The notes under the pieces are model-generated. The model was not told the origin of the DNA and searched no databases. It saw nothing but the letters and a program-made list of their open reading frames with translations. The position numbers and the translations under genes are program-made. A stretch of 60,609 nt of DNA, filler included, from Porpidia crustulata (lineage: Eukaryota), in the NCBI GenBank assembly GCA_964255105.1. It is 11 parts of 11 records of this genome, joined end to end, with 100 filler letters (N's around TTAATTAATTAA, not from the genome) between each part and the next. Parts side by side here need not be neighbours in the genome. Positions count along the whole stretch, not along the records: positions 1 to 5,427 come from CAXUWE010001814.1; positions 5,528 to 10,954 come from CAXUWE010001815.1; positions 11,055 to 16,478 come from CAXUWE010001816.1; 8 more parts are not named here. One strand, given 5' to 3'. Positions 1 through 12,224 of the stretch are shown here, piece by piece (position 1 is the first letter of the stretch; each line of letters opens with the position of its first letter).

Positions 1-699
1 TGTGTGGGCAGTGGGTGACCTTTCATACTTTTTCGGCCTATGCTCATGCACGTATCTAGACTTGAGAGGGGCAGTCGATAGATAATGTATACTACAAATT
101 TTCCTGGTGAAAGAACTCAAGGGTCGCAAATCACCGGATAGGCATACGCATAGAGAACTATTGATGAAAGCCCCAGATATATTTTTGTAACCCGGTATTG
201 GTGTGGCATTTAGAGTGTTCCCTCCAAATATAGTCTCTCGCTGTGTGATCAGACATTTCATGTCAAAATCCTTTTCACAAATATCGAAGGAGCTTGAATC
301 TGCATTTGGCTTTATAATGATATGGAATCTGAGCTGACAAACTCTTAGTTTGGATCGCTCCCGTCAATCCATGAATATCGTACGAATTATCGGTGCTATA
401 TTTCCCAGGTCCTTTCGCGCTACTCCGTTCATAGAACTCGTTCTCTCGCTACGCTCGTTGAATTCAACTTGCTAGTTCCGCTATACCCTAAATTTTGTAT
501 GATCTGGCATAGCTTGTGGGCATCCCATCAGTTGAGCAAGATCTCAAATTGACGTCTTCGCAGCCAGCTAGGGAAATACAATGACTAGCGTTACATAGGA
601 GGGACACACCGGCAACTAATAATATCAAAACTCTTCCAAGGAAGAACAAAGACTTCGTTCAGATGAGTATGGTGCAAATCAGTCTAGCCCGGGCGAGGA

Positions 700-1170
700 C
701 GTCAAAGAGCACGAGGATGCCAATCTAATCGATTGCGGTAATCCTGATGATCCAGTGAGGCGCTTCAATTCTCGTGCGATCTCAGACTTCGCGCCCACTT
801 CAAATGCACGAAGGGAAGCCTGACAATTTCTCTAAGGCGAAGGAGGTGTACATTATCGGCAACCTGGCGATGCTGACTTTCATTGTCACATTCCCATCAT
901 AGGTTCTCAGCTCTGCGAGCGAGCGCGTGTCTAAGGAGTACGGCAAATCGACTGAGGTTTCGAGTCTTGCAACCTCTCTATTCTACCTAGGCTTTTCGTT
1001 ATGACCCATGGCAGTCGGGGCTACTTCCGAGATTCTTAGGCGTGAAAACCATCTGAGCATTGGTAATCTATCTTCACCATCTTCTTGACCTCAGTTACTA
1101 TAGCACAGAATGCTGTAACCATTTTCCCATTAGCGGAGTCTTTGGACTCATCACTAGCAATAGTGAATCC
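700..1170 (+). pseudogene. Degenerate MFS (DHA1-like drug:H+ antiporter) fragment
   Basis: Manual translation gives DANLIDCGNPDDP (the VDWDGPDDP motif), then AKEVYIIGNLAMLTFIVTFPS*VLSSASERVSKEYGKSTEVSSLATSLFYLGFSL*PMAVGATSEILRR. In-frame stops are TAG 900-902 and TGA 1002-1004, the latter at the G of the GFAFGP motif. Confidence 0.75.
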
Positions 1171-2370
1171 TAAATGGTTACCGTCGACTTGGTAGATACT
1201 GACCTAAGCGCCAAGGTAGGAGGTTCGCTCGCTGATCTTTATGATCCTGTCTTCCGTGCAACTGCGTTTGCTGGATTCGTAAGCGCAAATTCCATGGGTG
1301 GCATAATCGAACCGATTAGTGAGCTATTAGCAATGAAGAAGCGGACGACCAATAGCTGAGTACAATTGACGGTGGATAGAGTACAGCGGCTTACCTGGTG
1401 GGTGGTACGTGGGCATCACTGTACCTAATCCATCGAATTCATCACTAACTCCATCAACGTAATCACATAGTAAGAATCGTCACACACTCTCGGCGCACTG
1501 CATGAAAGATTACCATGTTTTGTATTAGCTTGCATAGATACTGTCATCGTAGTGTCCGTTACCCGTGGGTATTTATCTTGGTAGGCTGGTACCCTACCAC
1601 TCTACCTACCTAGAATTGGGACCTGGCAGGAAGATGACTGTTCCGGTAAGTCCGGTATGCAAGTCATCGTGGTGTCAGGGTGTGAAGAGATTACATGCAA
1701 GCCATCGTCATTGTTAGCTGTCTACCTTCAGTCATCAACCATCGGTCGACCTTACTCTTGGCGCCTACACTAATAAGCGCAGCAGATGATGCTAAAGATC
1801 GACATTGGTTGATTCACCGGGAATGCCTATTGAAGAATCCAACCGGACCTTAGAGGCTGCCGGGAAAGTAGAGTATATGGGTATCGATTTTCAAGCTGAT
1901 GCGCTGGACCGATAGCCATAAAAGCATGCTTCAAAAGACAGCAACTGATCGGCGCTGGGAAGCTCGCTCTTGAATCGCGCGTGCTTTTGCGTTTTCAGGC
2001 TTCGGGCCGAACCCATCTTGAAGATTAGCAGTGCTAGCTCCGAGCAGCAGCCGTACAGTGGTAACCGCGGAAAGACATGGGATATTCAAGAGCTTTTCCC
2101 AGTTTGGGGATTGTCACTGCATCAGATCAACACGGCCGGAAGGGTATAAAGAGAAATCGTGATAAAGAGCTCGGGAAACATTACTAGGGAACTTCAAAAG
2201 TCATTGGACCACTTCGATAGAGCTGTCTTGCTCCAGAGATCTAATGAATTTGACATCCCGTGGTGCATCATTATATAAACGACAACAGACAAGCCATCCG
2301 TGGCGGCCTTGAAGTAATGTGTTGGAGCCTTTTGCCATAACGTTTCCGGTCACCATCTAGCTATATAGCT

Positions 2371-5040
2371 ATGGAAGCGCGACGGAATCGCCTCTCATGC
2401 GATCGCTGCCATACTCTAAAGCTCCGTTGCCCTCGACAGAATTCTAATGATGATGAGAGCTGCTACAGGTGCCTGCCTGAGGGACTGCAATGCATGTTCA
2501 GCAAACCCCTCCCCAAAGGCCGCCCTCGCACGAATCTGAATTTAGTGACTGCGAATACGGCTGCAAAAGCTTCAAGCCCCGACCCTATACAAGCTGGAAC
2601 TACTGGTATTAGCTTCCCTTGTTCAACTTCATCGTCTCCAAAATCCTCTACATCTCCGGTCTTCTGTCGAGTGCCGTTTGACGAAGACGTGGATACGACC
2701 ATGACCACCAGCCAGTCAACGTACCCGGGCATGAATTCTTCCGCCTGCTTGCAGAACCAACTTGAAGGCCAAGAATGGAGTGATGCCTTGGCTGCTATTC
2801 GACTAGAAGGAGATGTCTTCGCTCCACCGCAGCTAGAAGTGAGTTTGCAGGATCCTCTACGATATGTTGGATCGTATGATGGAGATGAGAGCAATCTGCT
2901 CCCTACAGGCTACTTGGGACTGGGGAACGCTTCGAGACCGCGCTTTGTGGAAAGCGCATTCTGGGCTCTCGTGCATGGTCAGGTGATTAATTCAACATGA
3001 AAGTGACGCTTGATTTTGGCTTACATGCCCTAGGAGCCGCTATGTGACAAATTCCTAGATGCCATTCTTGGCTCCTCCAGAACCAAGGCACTAGGGTATA
3101 TCGATGCAGCTGGCTTGACCAATCTGCTTAATGGAATTCCTCCAAAAGCAGTCTGCGATGTTCTGCTGTATTCTTTCAAGGTTGGCGTCCGTCCTATTCA
3201 TCCTCTCATCCACCCTCCAACATTTTGCAAAGACTACCATGCGTTTTGGCACTGGTGTAAGCATGGCGACACTTCGGCCCCTGACCGGCTCATTGACGAT
3301 CCGACTTTCATCCCTCTTCTTTTCTCTGTCCTTTTCTGCGGATCGGTGGCTGCTCCCGTGAGCTTTTGGTCAGGTGTTCAGCCATTAGCTGGCCTGGACA
3401 TTGGATCCACCGTTTCTCAGCTACGGTACAGCTATCTTAAAGGCCTTGAGTATTGCCAGTATATGAGGCGTCCCACACTGAACACATTGGTAGCCTCACT
3501 TCTTGGTCGTAGCTGCTCAAGACCTGATAGCGAAGCCCTCGAGAATCTATCATTCATCAATATGGTGGTGCGCATCGCTCAAAGTATGGGGTTGCACCGG
3601 GAAAACAGGCCTGAGGAGCTCGACCCAGTAACCCGCGAGATGTATCGTCGAATCTGGTGGCATGTGGTGTGTCTGGATATGCAGTATTCGTTCCGTTATG
3701 GCTCGCAACCATGTTGTGGAACTGAAGGCTACCAGTGGAACGTACAGATGGTGAGCGAATCGAGCGATGAGGCTATCTCGGAGTTTCAGCCTAGATTCTT
3801 TGCTTCAATACCAACGCCGAATTCAGCCACGACTTCGATGTTTATGCTTTTTGCAATAGGCCGCTACGAGACATCACGATTCATGCACAGACTATTGAAC
3901 CGGGTGAACAGTTGCCATCAATTCAACCAAACTGACCTCAACTTCTACCTCGACGATCTCAAGAAGCTGCACATTAAAATCAACGCATTGATCAACAGGA
4001 TGCCAACTCAGGGTGCTCCTGAGAAGGGCTTTGTTCCTTCCCGTTTGGCGAACGCTTCAATGTTGGCGCAGGAATATCTCTATACAGATCAACCCGAGGA
4101 ACCGAGTGTGTTTGTATCATGGGCAAGGATCACTCTTACTATGCTCATGACAAGCTCCTTGTTGGGGTTGCAGAAAATTTTCTTGGGCCATCCCAGTTTA
4201 ATGCCTGAGCAGAGCGAGAAACTCTGGATGAGGTGAGTACTTGTGACCATGCTTTAATTATTTTGATGAATGCTTTCGAAATTCAAGTGCACAACTATAA
4301 ACTCAAATCATCCCTAATTGTTCCGCAGTACCTTTAAACTAAGCATCGACTTCATCCGCCACCTACTCCAAATCACACGAGTGCCAGCATTTACCCCATA
4401 TTTCTGGTATTTCACGACGAACCTCCTTACCGTCCAGGCCATCCTTATCATCCTGAGCTATCTCAGGCACCACCAATTCAGCCAGGATGCCCAGATCGCC
4501 CGCTACTTTGTCGACGAGGCCCTGGAGATGCTCGAGACATCGGACCTGAGCACCTGCCACGCGACACAGGCCAGTGAGGAACTACCTGTTACCGCCGAAT
4601 CGGAAAGGGGCCCACCGGCCGTCTGGTGCCTGCTTAAAGCCATGCGGATGGAGCTTGACAAACCGGCTATGCAGAAATCAGCAACACCGGATTATCCCCG
4701 ACTCATCAATAGCACCGAGGGGTCGAGTAGTCATGGGAGTATCGCAGCTTCGCCGGCCGTTCCTTTTCCTCAAAAATCTCAGCCTGCATCCATGGCATCG
4801 TCATTCCCACCGAACGGCCAACCGATCCCCCAAGCAAGCTCGAGCTGTTCCGCGACCACCACGTCCTTGGGCTACGATCTCGGCTCGATTCCCTCCTACC
4901 CAGGAAACGTGGCCGGTGGCGATCAACCCCTCCTGGACCCGGGCACGGCCCTCGACATTTCCGACTTCGACCTATGGTCCTCGATCCTCTTGCCGGGCTC
5001 GGAAGATCTTCCCGCGGCCGGGGACTTCTTCAGCCAATGA
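2371..5040 (+). CDS. Zn(II)2Cys6 transcription factor with fungal-specific TF (middle homology) domain; exons 2371-2982, 3034-4232, 4329-5040
   Basis: Zinc cluster CDRCHTLKLRC...CYRCLPEGLQC; AQSMGLHRE and RRIWWHVVCLD motifs; two GT-AG introns join the three ORFs in frame. Confidence 0.9.
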
Positions 5041-5427
5041 GGCCTTTGGCGTTGAAGAAGTCGATCCGATAACGTTCGGGGCGAGTACAAAACGGGTGGG
5101 AGGAGGGGGCTTTTGGGAACGGGAGCTTCGAAATACATGCATCGCAAATAGAAGACGCGAATGTTTTTGCGCTTGAGCGATCGAATCAGATTCCTAGATC
5201 CGATAGAATAGATCAACACGTAACATCTATTATCTACCTTTATCTCTGCACTCGAAATCACATGATCCGTTCATCAAACTTACTCACCCACCTACCTCCT
5301 AAATATCTCGCGGATTCTTGCGGATTTCGGGTTTCGGGATGATGGGATTATGTCTGATAGATAAATATTTGTTAATTTTGATTTCGGATGTGGGATGGAT
5401 CTTGGAAATGCGAGGAGAGGTGTGGGT

Positions 5428-5527
5428 NNNNNNNNNNNNNNNNNNNNNNNNNNNNNNNNNNNNNNNNNNNNTTAATTAATTAANNNNNNNNNNNNNNNNN
5501 NNNNNNNNNNNNNNNNNNNNNNNNNNN
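5428..5527. other. Artificial contig spacer N44-TTAATTAATTAA-N44. Same spacer at 10955-11054, 16479-16578, 22002-22101, 27525-27624, 33047-33146, 38567-38666, 44083-44182, 49595-49694, 55103-55202
   Basis: Identical 100-bp linkers with stop codons in all six frames; contig lengths never increase along the window. Confidence 0.97.
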
Positions 5528-7697
5528 GGGTTGGGACCTCCGACAGGGAACATGGAGAGGATGATGCCGAAGATTAGAAAGATGATAGCGGTCCAAGCGA
5601 TCGGAATGGATAGAGCGCCGGTGTAAAAGGGTCCCGGAACGAATTTGTGTTGGCCCCAAACGACGCGGGTGAAGATAGGGATGCCCCAGGCGAGATTGTT
5701 GCCCTGTCACATATCAATTTCAATCACGCGCCGCCTATGCCATAAGAAAATATAGACTCACCGCTACAGCTAAAGAAAACACCGCCTGCGCTGCAGCAGG
5801 TGCAATCAGCGTCAACAGACCCAGCAAAGCGGCTAGAATAGCGCAGCCCCAGACGGTGCGCAGAGGGATGTAGCCGAAACGCGCAGATATTGGGCGGAAG
5901 AAGCGAGAGAAAGGGAGGGCGCCGTCGCGGGAGAAGGCCCAGGTTTGGCGCGAGGCGGCGACGAGGATGGAGAGGCCCATGAGGAATTGGACGATGAAGA
6001 GGAGCGACATGAGGGCGAGGGTACCGTGTTTGCCCACAGCATCGTAGTAGATCTATACGCATCGGTTATTTCAAGGGAGCTTTGGAGGCTGGTTGGGTTA
6101 TAGATGTAGACTCAACGGCGGTCAAATGATGCGAGGGACAAGCTTGTACATACCTGAGCCATTGGTTGGCCAAAGTTGGATTTCACAACGGAGTTGAGAT
6201 CAGGATTGATGGTCGCCGCGATGGTTATCATGATTATAAAGCCTAGAACCCAGCAAGAGCCAATCGACAGGATGATACCATACGGAACGGCTTTCTTCGC
6301 GTTTGCTGCTTCCTCGCTCATATGCACACAAGAATCAAACGCCCCAATCGTCCATAAAGGACTTAGCCAGCTCAGCATAAATGCCCATCCAGTAGGCCAA
6401 TTCGTTAAATTTTCCGTGTGGGTGAAAATGTAACTGGCGCTGTTTCGCTTGTGCGCGGCACCAATTGGCAGAGCAATGACAGTTGCGGTAATGAGAATCA
6501 GGTTCATGACGACAAAGACAGTTTGGAGCTTTCCCATTATCTTGGACATGACAGAGGCCAGGATGGCGTGGCAAAGAACGCAGGCGACGAAAGTTCCATA
6601 GATGACGCCATTAGTGGGTGTCCAATTTCCATCACGGGCGATGACGATGACGGAGAGGAACATTAAGGAGAAACCATCTTGTCTATGGCATTAGCTGTGT
6701 GTTCGAGAGGGTAGGTGCGGCCAGCGCAGCTCACAGTCAATCGAACACAATCCTCCAACAAGCCCTATGGTATTGCTATAACCGACCAAGAAACTAAGGG
6801 GATTTCTAGTGGCAGGGGACGCAAAAAAGTGCGTCCACCTATAATTACCATTTAATTAGAAAAATGGCCAACGGTTTTCAGAGAGCAACGTACCAGTAAA
6901 GACCTCCAGATGTTGGCATTGCAGATCCAAGATCGGCCTGGAAATCTCAGCGACTAGCGGAAAGATTGACTTCAAAACCTTACCATGGCGAGTCCCACAA
7001 TGAAAACGAAACCAGACGCCAAGAACCAGCCCTATAACATTATTGGCCCAAATCTAGTGACATCTGATCGCAGTCTCTTCATACCCAAACCATTCCCACC
7101 GGACCGGCCGGGATTGAATACGCCAACGTCGAGGCAATTGACGGTAGAAGCCCTGTCATCATTTAGTGATCGATATCTTTTAATCCCCCAGCCCGCTACT
7201 GAATTGGAGGATTTGAAGTGTTGTTCCCAGACTCTCTATATCGGTGTACGTTTGAGGAAAGCGACGTCTCGTTTACCAGGTAGAAACTTATAGAAATACA
7301 TTCAGGGACGCAACCTCCGGTGTTCTTACAACGCAGTAATCCACGGTTCCAAATACACGCTTCAAAATGTCATGTAGAAGGTCATGTCTATCCTTTGCAT
7401 GGCTCCAGTGGAAAATTCGCGGAGGTCGCCCGCTCGATACTATCTCAAGGAAATTCAACTCACCCATAATGCTAAATGCGATCCCAAACACCTCGATCAT
7501 TGAAAAGTTCCTTCGGAGCTCTTGCTTGTACCCAAGCTTAGCTGTGTTAGATATTAGTCGGGTCCCTTATCAAGCTCACACTTCCAGATCTTACCTAGAT
7601 CCGCTGCATCGTCTTCCACAACAGTATGCTCGTAAGGCAGTGCATCGACGACTTTGTAGTCCCCGACTTTCGGGGATGTGTCGTCTTCGGAAGACAT
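5528..7697 (-). CDS. Amino acid/GABA permease (APC superfamily, Uga4-like), multi-exon, 3' truncated by gap
   Basis: LGYKQELRRNFSMIEVFGIAFSIMG, SAMPTSGGLY, WTIGAFDSCVHMSEEA and SRQTWAFSRDGALPFS motifs; ATG at 7697. Confidence 0.92.
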
Positions 7698-9356
7698 TTT
7701 CGATGTAGCGCAATTTGGGGGGAAACAAATGAAATTGACACTCGCAGCAGGACACTGCGACCACGAGCCTTTTGTTCATCGTTGATATATGCAGTGTCAC
7801 ACTAGGCTACCAAAGCATGCGGGGTTCTGCATCTCTGATGATAAGGTACCGTCTGATAAGCAAGCGGGTAACACTAGGATGGTCCTATCAGTACTACTCG
7901 CATTAGATAATAGATCTACTCACGCGAAACTGGTATCCGCGATGAAAAGGCGGTGTTTTGGTCGAGTCAGAGCGCGGCTTCAGGGAAGCGCAATCTTTAG
8001 ATAGAGCGTGGCTTGAGGGCGAGACCATGCCATGATGGCCATTAAACTGATCATCCTTGCTTCGTCCCATGCGATGCGGGACTACTTCAATGCCTGTAGA
8101 CATTGACTCGATACAGTTGTAGCTTGGAATGATGGATGCGATGCGATGAACGAGCAGTCGTGGTTGAAACTAGGCTTGTACAAGGCTAGCCCTACGGGTG
8201 GCCTCGATTGTACTTCCACCAATCTTCTGGACAAAGGGCTTTGCTACGCATACACAGCTTAAACATTTCTTGAAATACAGCGTTATGCCCAGAATCTCGC
8301 TCTTCAACGCAAACTCTGATGCTGTCGTTGGAGAGAGAGACATTGGGAATCTTACCGTTATTGTCCTTTCGCACGACTTTCCTTTACTATTCGTCGCACT
8401 AACATCCTATCTTGTTTGGAGCCGTCTCTATGCTTCTTGGCTTTGGAAAACGCAGTATTGGGGTGATCAAGCCATGTTCGTGAGCATAACGCTTCACCAT
8501 AAATACAGACAAATCGCGTGCTGTGTGCAAGCCAGCGATGGATGATGATTTGGTATTAGGGTGGACCTCGGACGCGATATTCCGCTGGAACAAAATTTAT
8601 GTATCTTGCCACCTTTACCACGAAAAAAATCAAAGTCTTGCTTGATCAGGAACTCCATCTGCTGACGATAGAGCCACTGTTAAATGACTAGGCGGAACAG
8701 CATGGGATTCTCGAATTAATCATCTCTCAAGCTGAGTAGCTGCCACTTTTTTGCATTCAAGCCGGTGACGCTTGCATACTAGATTCTTGCAATGACCATC
8801 TCGATTTTCATATTTACTTTGTTTCAATACTGTTGCTCGCTCTTGGTGCCTTGGATAATTACTTCAGTGGCGAAGACAAGGAAGAACATAAAAAACCGGT
8901 TCAATTGTCAAGGAAACGTGCAAGAGGCCTGGCAAGACATGCAATGAAAGGTTGATAGCGACCAGAGAACACATTCCAAATCCTCGCAAGACTACTAATA
9001 TACTGGAACAGTAGCTCCATTCGTGATATAATTCTCAAGTACGTACCTGGAGCTATGCCTTGAATCATGAAACCGGCGTCAATCAATGGTGCGGCGTCTC
9101 GCAAACGTGCTACGACGACGCGGACTAAAAAGGCGATACTAATTTTGCCACCCTTGGCAGTAAGTTCAAAGCGCCTTTAAATGCGCCTTTAAAAGCGCCT
9201 GTTCTTAATTGTGAGGGTTACGCGCACAGACAGAGTCAGACAGCACAGCGCGTAGATAAATAACGCTCCGATATCACATGAATATTTACATCTTCTCTTG
9301 AGTGAGGATTATTAGATGATTTCGTTCCTTACTTTCCTGTCGGATCACCATCCACA

Positions 9357-10226
9357 ATGATTATCGATATATCTCCGAGTGTACCAGCCTGGTGTTCCCG
9401 CATACTTTTCATCCTCCTTGCATGCTTTCTACGCGCGACATACGCCCAGGGAACTCTTGGAGGCGGAAGTCTAGCATGGAGCGGTTCGTATCGACTGCTT
9501 CAATGTGGCTTCGGAGGACAGCCTGGCTCTCAAGCTTCAATAGTCCAGGACATTCTGGCAACAGTCCGGAGGAAAACCGAGGTTGTTCTAGTTGACGCAA
9601 AACTCGGTTCTTCATCTACACATGGTTTCACGTCCTTCTTCAAAAGTGACAGCAACAAGAACGTTATTCAAGATGTCTTTTCCAAGATATTAGACGGCCC
9701 TGTAGTCACTGTGTCTCCACAGAGGGCCCAAAATATTCATAGAGCAACGGCATTCCCCACAATCGTATGCGCGAACGAAGGTGATCCCAGTACTGAGTGG
9801 ATGTACAACTCTTTATGCCAGGAGCAAACCCATACAGCCGCAGGACAGCGGCCTGGTACAGAGCTTGTGGTATTATGCCCGTTATTCTTCCGTCTTGGCC
9901 AAATGGGCTACGCAGAGCCGTCCTCTGGCTTTTGCCCGATACTTATTGACAACAAACTCTCACCAAACAGTGAGGCTCTAACACTCAATCAGTTGTCGGC
10001 GATGGTCCATGAGTTGACACACTTATACGGTCCGGTGAACCAGCCTAATATGGAATCCTATCGTATCCAGGATGCGATCGATCTGAATGCAACAGCGTCA
10101 CTGGAGAACGCAAGTAATTTTGTCTTCTATTTCGCTGCCATCGTGGCAGGTTGCACAGCCTTCCCCCCTAAAAGCAACATCAAGGATGACTTAAGATCTC
10201 GGTCATTCAGGCGTCTTCATGGTTGA
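9357..10226 (+). CDS. Secreted zincin-like metalloprotease (M35/lysine-specific metalloendopeptidase-like)
   Basis: Hydrophobic signal peptide, VVLCPLFF, HELTH (HEXXH) and NASNFVFY motifs; intronless 289-aa ORF. Confidence 0.7.
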   Translation: MIIDISPSVPAWCSRILFILLACFLRATYAQGTLGGGSLAWSGSYRLLQCGFGGQPGSQASIVQDILATVRRKTEVVLVDAKLGSSSTHGFTSFFKSDSNKNVIQDVFSKILDGPVVTVSPQRAQNIHRATAFPTIVCANEGDPSTEWMYNSLCQEQTHTAAGQRPGTELVVLCPLFFRLGQMGYAEPSSGFCPILIDNKLSPNSEALTLNQLSAMVHELTHLYGPVNQPNMESYRIQDAIDLNATASLENASNFVFYFAAIVAGCTAFPPKSNIKDDLRSRSFRRLHG

Positions 10227-10530
10227 TTTGATGGTGCAAGAACGAGTTTGAAAGCGCGGCTAAAGATGGGATCCTCGGGCTGGCTTTCTTGGCTGCGATA
10301 TTTAGCCAAGAGCCTTGGAAAGACTCTCAGCTTCAAATTCAACATGTCCCTAGCTCTCGTAGATAATTTTATTTCTTCTGTGCATCATTCTGGAACTGTT
10401 AGATATGATGTGCTTCTATAGAGAGTTTTGTTATAACCCGATCAAAATCGTGAACTTCGGGGCAAGAGACGCCGACTACCTACAGGCCTACCTTAAGTAG
10501 GTAAGTCGGTTCCTTAGTTTGTACTCGTAA

Positions 10531-10645
10531 TATCCATATGCCCCCCTAGTTCGGTCACTATACCAAGGGTTAGGGTCATAGATTCGAGATCAAGCGACTG
10601 TGACCGAGCTAGGGGTTTGGCCGAACTAGGGGTGTATATGGGATA
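10531..10645. mobile_element. About 115-bp MITE with ~27-bp imperfect terminal inverted repeats and TA ends
   Basis: Left end TATCCATATGCCCCCCTAGTTCGGTCA; reverse complement of right end TATCCCATATACACCCCTAGTTCGGCCA; an extra internal copy of the motif (GTGACCGAGCTAGGGG). Confidence 0.7.
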
Positions 10646-11054
10646 GATGATAAGCCCTGTAAGGTAAACCCTTACTCTCTCTTGGTGAAAGCAGATACAA
10701 TGCAGTAAAAGTACAAATCCTCATTTTCCGCATTAACCAATCGCCAAGCACGGCTCATCATCCAATCCCATAGTTCGAGTCGTATCAACGAACCTAAAAC
10801 ATGCATAACCATTAGCAAGAAACCCACACAATCACCAACAAACTCTCAAATCCCCATCCTCCATCAAACATCTTCACAGCCACCAAAATGCAACGCCGCA
10901 TGGTACGCACTATCTCCCCTTCTCCCTTCCCCGATATAAAGCCCCCCCAAACAGNNNNNNNNNNNNNNNNNNNNNNNNNNNNNNNNNNNNNNNNNNNNTT
11001 AATTAATTAANNNNNNNNNNNNNNNNNNNNNNNNNNNNNNNNNNNNNNNNNNNN

Positions 11055-11815
11055 GTCGTGAGATATAGGGGGGGAGATTTGTACTTCTTTTACTTCTGGG
11101 ATGAAGGGATGCCGGCTTGGGAGTTGGAGACCTGTGAATGTGATGTTGGCGGTGGCGAGGCAGCGGCTCAGAGGGCTGGTGTAGTAGGTTTGCGGAACGG
11201 GGATTTTTTGTTCTGCGATTTCCTTTGCCCAGAAGGCGTTGGCAAATTGGGCTTGTTTGATGCCAGCTTCGGTCAACTGCGCGTCGGCCCAGGTGACTGT
11301 GCCGTTACCGTCCTTTTCTGACCAGTAGCACTATGAATTCGACCTTTATCAGCTTCGAGCCCAACGCCTGGCGTCACGGTATTACGAACGTTCCATAAAG
11401 GAGTGCCGTAAAAAGACTCGGCGACGTTGTGGTAGCCTTCGCCATGGCGACCCATGTACAGGACTTTATATTGAATATTTTTGCCACTTTGGCGATTCAG
11501 ACGGGAGACTTTGTGCTCGAATCGTTGCCATTGGGTCTTTTCGTGTTTAGGATCGTATTCGCTGTCAGTATCGTACGTTCGGTCGATGAGACCAAAGTTA
11601 GTGGCAGTCTGTGGATTCCGATTAGCCTGAGTTACGCTTTCGCTGAGAATGCTCTAACATACATAATCGAATGTGGAAGAAACGGTCTTCGGATCATCTT
11701 GAAGGAAGAAGCCTGTGATGGTAGTGTAATTGATGTACGAAGGCGTTATATTCGCCTCTCCCATAGCGATCACGGCAAGTATTGTCACAAAGAAAAGGAA
11801 CCATCTAGAAGCCAT
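11055..11815 (-). CDS. Secreted histidine phosphatase / phosphoglycerate mutase family (Pmu1-like), 3' truncated
   Basis: Signal peptide MASRWFLFFVTILAVIA, GFFLQDDP, GRHGEGYHN and YYTSPLSRCLAT motifs. Confidence 0.88.
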
Positions 11816-12224
11816 GTTCACTTCGTCACGGCATTATTGTCGCAAGTCTCCAGAAAGAAAATCTGTTCATATAGGTATATACAAGGCATGAGACGCACTG
11901 AGAAACGTTCAATCCGAGGTTCAGATCATGATGCAAAGACTCAGCAAATCATTTCCCGACTTGTCCGATAACGTAGGCGCATGCGGACAAAGATGCGAAA
12001 TGGAGAAGGTGAAGGAGCCTGACTCGAGCTTATGAGCGAATCCAACTTGACATGCTCGAAACGTGGACGTCGAAGGGAACCGTACATGAAGCTAGTCCGC
12101 AGGTATGGCAAGGGTTAGGGTTACTTATCTTCGTCATTCGCTCTACAATAGTCGATCACGTGCCGATATGTTCCCGTCGGGTCTTACTCTATGGTATGTG
12201 CAAAAGTTATACAACCACCAAATG

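Noticed and set aside
5472..5483. TTAATTAATTAA recurring every ~5.5 kb as a regularly spaced repeat or CRISPR-like array
   Set aside because: It is an assembly linker embedded in N runs.
8340..8500. Hydrophobic stretch resembling a Pth11-like first helix (LVWSRLYA...WGDQ)
   Set aside because: Too short, with no supporting downstream exons.
9169..9200. Short tandem GCGCCTTTAAA repeat upstream of the metalloprotease
   Set aside because: About 2.5 imperfect units; no evidence of function.
10888..10954. Possible gene start (MQRRM followed by a GTACGC donor)
   Set aside because: Only five codons before the gap; not supportable.
12111..12123. AGGGTTAGGGTTA, with similar motifs near 10566 and 16712, as telomere remnants
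   Set aside because: Only about two units each; such short motifs are common in fungal intergenic DNA.
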